A stretch of 37,387 nt of DNA from Desulfuromonadales bacterium. Lineage in GTDB: Bacteria; Desulfobacterota; Desulfuromonadia; Desulfuromonadales; UBA2294. A program made the translations under genes and the position numbers. The stretch lies in assembly GCA_041592975.1 (NCBI GenBank), contig JBFHOZ010000001.1, positions 1 through 37,387 on the forward strand. Reading direction: 5' to 3'. Each line of letters opens with the position of its first letter. Within the stretch, counting starts at the first letter, position 1. Below, piece by piece: positions 33,680 to 37,387 of this stretch. The notes beneath the pieces were generated by a model. It did no database searches and had not been told where the DNA came from. It worked only from the letters and a program-made list of their open reading frames with translations.

Positions 33680-34243
33680 TCAGCTCTCCATCAGGATAAT
33701 CGCTTCGGCGACTTCCTTCATCGACTTGCGCTTGTCCATGGCGATCTTCTGCATTTTCCGGTACGCCTCCGGCTCGCTCATCCCCTTCTCCATCAGCAGA
33801 CCCTTCGCCTTGTCGACCTGCTTGCGGGTTTCGAGCGCCTCCTTGAGCTTGGCGTTCTCCTCCTGCAGGTTGCTGATTTCGATGAAGCGGTGGATCGCCA
33901 GCTCGACCGCCGCCCTGAGCTGGTCGGCGTTGAACGGCTTGAGGATGTAGTTGCTGACGCCGGCGTCGCGGGCCCGCTCGATCGTCTCGGTTTCGGTCGC
34001 CCCGGTCAGCAGGACGATTGGCGCCGCGACCTTTTTGCCTATTTTTTCGGCAGCGGTGATGCCGTCCATGACAGGCATCGAGACGTCGAAGACCATCAGC
34101 AACGGGTTTTCGGTCGGTGCCAGCTCGACCGCCTGGGCGCCGTTTTCCGCCTCGACGATCCGGTCAAAGCCGTAATCGGCGAGGGTTTCCGCCACCTGGC
34201 GGCGGATCAGCGGTTCGTCGTCGGCAATCAATGCAGTCTTCAT
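33680..34243 (-). CDS. Response regulator with ANTAR RNA-binding output domain (AmiR/NasT/GnfR-like)
   Basis: The ATG at 34243 follows GAGGAGGAG. The REC has LIADDE, LMVFDVSMP and ILKPF. A coiled-coil linker is followed by ANTAR (RKQVDKAKGLLMEKGMSEPEAYRKMQKIAMDKRKSMKEVAEAII). Confidence 0.9.
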   Translation of the reverse strand: MKTALIADDEPLIRRQVAETLADYGFDRIVEAENGAQAVELAPTENPLLMVFDVSMPVMDGITAAEKIGKKVAAPIVLLTGATETETIERARDAGVSNYILKPFNADQLRAAVELAIHRFIEISNLQEENAKLKEALETRKQVDKAKGLLMEKGMSEPEAYRKMQKIAMDKRKSMKEVAEAIILMES

Positions 34244-34278
34244 TTTATTACTCCTCCTCTGGGGTGAAAACCATATAG

Positions 34279-34294
34279 TGCATATACGGTGCCA
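34279..34294 (-). promoter_or_regulatory. Sigma-54 (-24/-12) promoter upstream of the ANTAR-RR/draT/draG operon
   Basis: The minus strand reads TGGCAC-cgtat-ATGCA against the consensus TGGCAC-N5-TTGCA. GG and GC have the correct 10-nt spacing, about 35-50 nt upstream of ATG 34243. Confidence 0.6.
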
Positions 34295-34358
34295 TATGGT
34301 CTGCCGAAGGCGAGGACGCCGGCCCACGATGGGAAAAGTGGGGGAGCGCTCCGGCGAT

Positions 34359-36086
34359 TCACTCCGGTGCCGAGGCCAGTCTGTGCAGCGTACAGCCGGA
34401 TGGCGCCGCAAAAAGCGCCTGCAGCAGATCGCGGTCGCGACCGTAGATATCCTCGCGGAAGTTGACCCGGTCGTTGTCATCGACCCAGGCGGTCCAGTAG
34501 AGGACATGGACCGGCAGCGGCCGCTCGAGATAGACCCGCTGCGGTGTTCCGGCCGCCATCGCTTCGGCGATATCCGTGTCGCCCCACCCTTTCTCCTCGA
34601 GGAGGTGGCGGGCCAGCACCTCCGGCCGCTTCAGCCGGATGCACCCGGAACTGAGCGGGCGGTTGCGCTGCCAGAAGTGGTGCCGCTCGTTGGTGTCGTG
34701 CAGGTAGACGGCGTAACGGTTCGGCAGCATGAACTTGACCCGTCCGAGGGCGTTCCACGGCCCCGGCTTCTGGCGCAGCAGGCCGGGGAAGTCGTCGCTG
34801 CCGACCGTCTCCCAGTCGATTTCCGCCGGGTCGAGCAGCGTCTCGCGGTCCCAGGCGACCAGCTCGTAGTGGTTCTCATCGATGTAGGCGGGGTTGCGGC
34901 GGATCAGGGGGAGCTTGTCCTCCACGAGAATGGTCTTCGGAACGTACCAGTAGGGGGCGAACTCGATGTATTCCAGCCAGGCGGAAAACACCGGCGTCTT
35001 GCGGTAATGGTTGCCGACCACCGCCGGCATGGCGAGAACCGTCTCGCCGTTCTCGACCAGCGCGACCGAGAAATCGGCGATGTTGACCAGCAGGTAGTTC
35101 CGGCCGAGGGTCTTCGGCAGCCAGCGCCAGCGCTCCAGGTTGATCTCGATCTGCCGGACTCTCTCGGTGACCGGGACGTTCAGGGCCGCCCGGGTCCCCT
35201 CGCCGAGCACGCCGTCCGCAGCAAGGCCGTGGCGGCGCTGGAAACGCCTGAGCGCCGCGGCATCGCCGTCGGCCATGTTTTCCGGATTCCCCGCGGGAAC
35301 CTGCTCGAGGTCGCCCGAGAGCAGCAGACGGGTCCGCAACAGCGGCAGCCGCGCGTCGCTCATCCCGGGATGTACCGGTTCCCCTGCGGGAATCGTTGGC
35401 CAGCCCCCCATCGCCGCGACCTCGCGGTAGCGCTCGAGGGCTTGTTTCAGGGCGCGATAATGCTCATGATCGGGCTGCAAGTCGCGCAGCACCTTGTCGA
35501 GCTGATCGTTCTCGAAGGCGAAGCGGATGACCCGGGAGACGGCGACCTGCTCCTTGCGCAGGTCCCAGCCCTCCTGGATGGCGTCGGACGGCACCCTCCC
35601 CTCGATCATGTGGAGAAAGTAGTGGAACAGGGCGTCGGTCAGCAGGATGTCGTACCAGCCGCTCCAGCGCAGGAGCGGCAGTCCGTAGACATGCTCCTCG
35701 ATGGTAAAATGCGACAACAGTTCGCGGAAGAAGGGGAGGTGGTAGTCGGCGCCGCACAGGCCGCTGTCCGGAGTTTCGCCGAAATGGCGCAGCGCCGTCC
35801 TGATCTGTGCGCGTCCCCGGTGGTCGTCCGTTCGCCAGAGCGGCGCATAGCCCCGCTCGCGGTAGAAGCGGAGCAGCTCCCCGGCCATGAAAACCGGCTC
35901 GCCGGCGACCTTCAGGCCCGGTTCGGCCGCGATCTGGCCGATGATCTCCTTCAGGGCGCCATCCGCCCCGTCATCGGCGACCAGCGGTGTCGCCGGCACT
36001 GACAGGAAGAGCACAAGCAGCAGTGCGCTTCGGGTGAGAATCCCAAGATTGACCATACGCCGAGCCCTCTTTCTATCATACCGCAC
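34359..36086 (-). CDS. L,D-transpeptidase (YcbB/LdtD-like) with PG_binding_1 and YkuD domains
   Basis: Peptidoglycan-binding repeat AALRRFQRRHGLAADGVLG and a YkuD catalytic block YLHDTNERHHFWQRNRPLSSGCIRL. The alternative start ATG 36056 begins directly at the signal peptide. Confidence 0.88.
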   Translation of the reverse strand: MRYDRKRARRMVNLGILTRSALLLVLFLSVPATPLVADDGADGALKEIIGQIAAEPGLKVAGEPVFMAGELLRFYRERGYAPLWRTDDHRGRAQIRTALRHFGETPDSGLCGADYHLPFFRELLSHFTIEEHVYGLPLLRWSGWYDILLTDALFHYFLHMIEGRVPSDAIQEGWDLRKEQVAVSRVIRFAFENDQLDKVLRDLQPDHEHYRALKQALERYREVAAMGGWPTIPAGEPVHPGMSDARLPLLRTRLLLSGDLEQVPAGNPENMADGDAAALRRFQRRHGLAADGVLGEGTRAALNVPVTERVRQIEINLERWRWLPKTLGRNYLLVNIADFSVALVENGETVLAMPAVVGNHYRKTPVFSAWLEYIEFAPYWYVPKTILVEDKLPLIRRNPAYIDENHYELVAWDRETLLDPAEIDWETVGSDDFPGLLRQKPGPWNALGRVKFMLPNRYAVYLHDTNERHHFWQRNRPLSSGCIRLKRPEVLARHLLEEKGWGDTDIAEAMAAGTPQRVYLERPLPVHVLYWTAWVDDNDRVNFREDIYGRDRDLLQALFAAPSGCTLHRLASAPE

Positions 36087-36153
36087 TTCCGGGCAATCGG
36101 CCGTCGGCGATGCGCCTCCCCTCCGGGAGTGAGGGGAAGGCGCTGCCGGGAGG

Positions 36154-36939
36154 TCAGTTCGTGGTAATCGCCGCCGGGCGCAGGATAATCTCGATCCGGC
36201 GGTTGCGGCGCCTCTCTTCGGGGGTGTCGTTGGGGGCGACCGGGCTGTTCTCGCCGAAGGATATCGCCAGCAGCCGGTCGGAGGGGACCCCCTGCTGCTC
36301 GAGCAGGCGCACCACGCTGGCCGCCCGCGCGCCGGCGAGCTCCCAGTTGCTCGGGTACCTCTCCTTCAGCTTGCCGCTGATGGCGACATTGTCGGTGAAC
36401 CCGGCGACGACCGTCTGGTAGGGGCTCTCCTTGAGATCCCTGGCGGCCCGGGTGAGTACCTCGACCCCGGTTTCGTTCAGGTCGGCCGAGCCGGACGGGA
36501 AGAGGATCTCGTTGGAGAGGTTGACCTTGACGCCGGACTTCATCATCTCGATCTTGACCTGGTTGGCCGCCTGCTCCCGGGCAAAGGTCGCCTGGAGGCT
36601 GTTGTACACCTGCTCCTGCCGGTCGAGCTCCGCCTGGGCGGCCGCCGCCTCCGCTGCCGCCAGCTCCTTCTGCCGCTCGATTTCGAGAATCTGCACGTTC
36701 AGGGCGGCCTTCTCTTCCTGGAGCGCCCTTTTCTCGGCATCCAGCCGGGCCTTTTCCGCCTCGAGCTCTTCCTTCTCCAGCTCGACCCGCGCTTTTTCGG
36801 CGACGACCTGGTCCCGCTCCTGGACCATCGATTCGTAGGTGCCGGACGACACGCAGCCGAACAGAAGCAGCAGGGGGACGCAAGCCAGTGCGCACAGCAG
36901 CGCCGGGTAATTCAACGAAGCATAACGATCGGTCTTCAT
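36154..36939 (-). CDS. OmpA/MotB-domain lipoprotein with a coiled-coil linker
   Basis: The ATG at 36939 follows AAGGAG. Lipobox LLLFGC, then a long E/K/A-rich coiled coil. The C-terminal OmpA_C has FPSGSADL, NWELAGARAASVVRLL and NRRIEI. Confidence 0.88.
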   Translation of the reverse strand: MKTDRYASLNYPALLCALACVPLLLLFGCVSSGTYESMVQERDQVVAEKARVELEKEELEAEKARLDAEKRALQEEKAALNVQILEIERQKELAAAEAAAAQAELDRQEQVYNSLQATFAREQAANQVKIEMMKSGVKVNLSNEILFPSGSADLNETGVEVLTRAARDLKESPYQTVVAGFTDNVAISGKLKERYPSNWELAGARAASVVRLLEQQGVPSDRLLAISFGENSPVAPNDTPEERRRNRRIEIILRPAAITTN

Positions 36940-37025
36940 GTTTTTCTCCTTCTTCCGATACAGCTGTTGATCATGAACGGGATATTGCCTCAAGGCCGTG
37001 GATTTCATGCCCCCAATTCTAGCAG

Positions 37026-37053
37026 AAAAAAACCGCGCCACGCTGCCGGCGCA
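37026..37053 (-). terminator. Rho-independent terminator after the TrkA-C domain gene
   Basis: The minus strand reads uGCGCC-ggcagcgu-GGCGCg followed by TTTTTTT. Confidence 0.6.
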
Positions 37054-37183
37054 TTAATATTTCCGCGGGGGATGGACGGCGGAACGCGCCGGGCTGGAGC
37101 ATCCTCGCGGCCCGCCGGGAAGGGAGCGAGCGGCCTCACCACCTGTACCGCAATACAGCTGCAGCGCAAGCTGTTCTGGGTGG

Positions 37184-37387
37184 TCAGCTGGTAACCTGCA
37201 AAAAATCGCGCGCCCGGTTGATCGCCTCCTGGTCGCCGAGCAGGATCAGGGTGTCGCCCTGTTCGATCAACTGACCCGGGGTGATGCCGTAGTCGGTCTG
37301 ATCGTTGCGCACCAGGCCGAGAACGGTTGCCCCGGTGTTGGCGCGGAAGTCGAGCTCGGCCAAGCTCTTGCTGATGCAGCCGGCATC
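37184..37387 (-). CDS. C-terminal fragment of a TrkA-C (RCK_C) domain protein (K+ transport or channel related); 5' end lies outside the window
   Basis: My own translation of the minus strand gives ...KSLAELDFRANTGATVLGLVRNDQTDYGITPGQLIEQGDTLILLGDQEAINRARDFLQVTS*. This is the typical TrkA-C pattern. The gene is absent from the ORF track because it is truncated. Confidence 0.7.
   Translation of the reverse strand, partial: DAGCISKSLAELDFRANTGATVLGLVRNDQTDYGITPGQLIEQGDTLILLGDQEAINRARDFLQVTS

Noticed and set aside
34278-36002. 574-aa plus-strand ORF opposite the L,D-transpeptidase gene
   Set aside because: It is an antisense shadow ORF. The minus strand has PG_binding_1 and YkuD motifs.
1-37387. 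Search by eye for tRNA/rRNA genes, CRISPR repeats, IS elements, integrases, toxin-antitoxin pairs, reverse transcriptases and restriction-modification genes
   Set aside because: None was found. There are no T-loop GGTTCGAATCC-type motifs in intergenic DNA, no regularly spaced direct repeats and no transposase-like ORFs. tRNAscan-SE, cmscan or ISfinder runs would be needed to be definitive.

Overview
This is a 37.4 kb chromosomal window from a high-GC bacterium. The gene content resembles a Desulfuromonadales/Geobacter-like deltaproteobacterium, but that placement is only an inference. I support about 40 protein-coding genes and saw no rRNA, tRNA, CRISPR array, transposase or integrase. All family calls come from reading motifs in the translated ORFs, since no searches could be run.

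Gene content in order:
- rimO 3' end, then a translationally coupled ApbE / NusG-domain-II / Gx-transporter trio.
- An OmpA-like lipoprotein, hslO, a DUF445 membrane protein, aroC, a monoheme cytochrome c and a TVP38-family protein.
- A DsbA-like thioredoxin-fold gene that the ORF track splits at an in-frame TGA.
- A VWA lipoprotein paired with a large multipass membrane protein.
- A five-gene liv-type ABC operon with visibly lower GC than its flanks.
- A signalling cluster: REC-PilZ, CheY-like REC, an orphan solute-binding lipoprotein and an N-formylglutamate-amidohydrolase-family protein.
- A J-domain protein, a HIBADH-type dehydrogenase, a ferritin-like diiron protein with a small cytochrome c, radC and a long U32 peptidase.
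- A Cache/PAS histidine kinase, an alpha/beta hydrolase and a sirtuin.
- An operon of ANTAR response regulator, draT and draG behind a near-consensus sigma-54 promoter.
- An L,D-transpeptidase, an OmpA/MotB-like lipoprotein and the 3' end of a TrkA-C domain gene.

Most noteworthy observations:
1. The TGA at 8212-8214 sits exactly where the first Cys of the CxxC motif should be. A downstream hairpin is compatible with a bacterial SECIS, so this is a probable selenocysteine DsbA-like protein.
2. The sigma-54 / ANTAR-RR / draT / draG operon combines RNA antitermination with reversible ADP-ribosylation, and no nif genes are in view.
3. The VWA lipoprotein and membrane protein form an uncharacterised, translationally coupled pair.
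4. A roughly 545 bp GC-rich non-coding gap behind a good sigma-70 promoter lies upstream of the histidine kinase.
5. Low-GC nested-palindrome intergenic elements occur in the window, one of them inside the liv operon.

I found no clear-cut novel multi-gene system such as a defence island. The items above are the best candidates.
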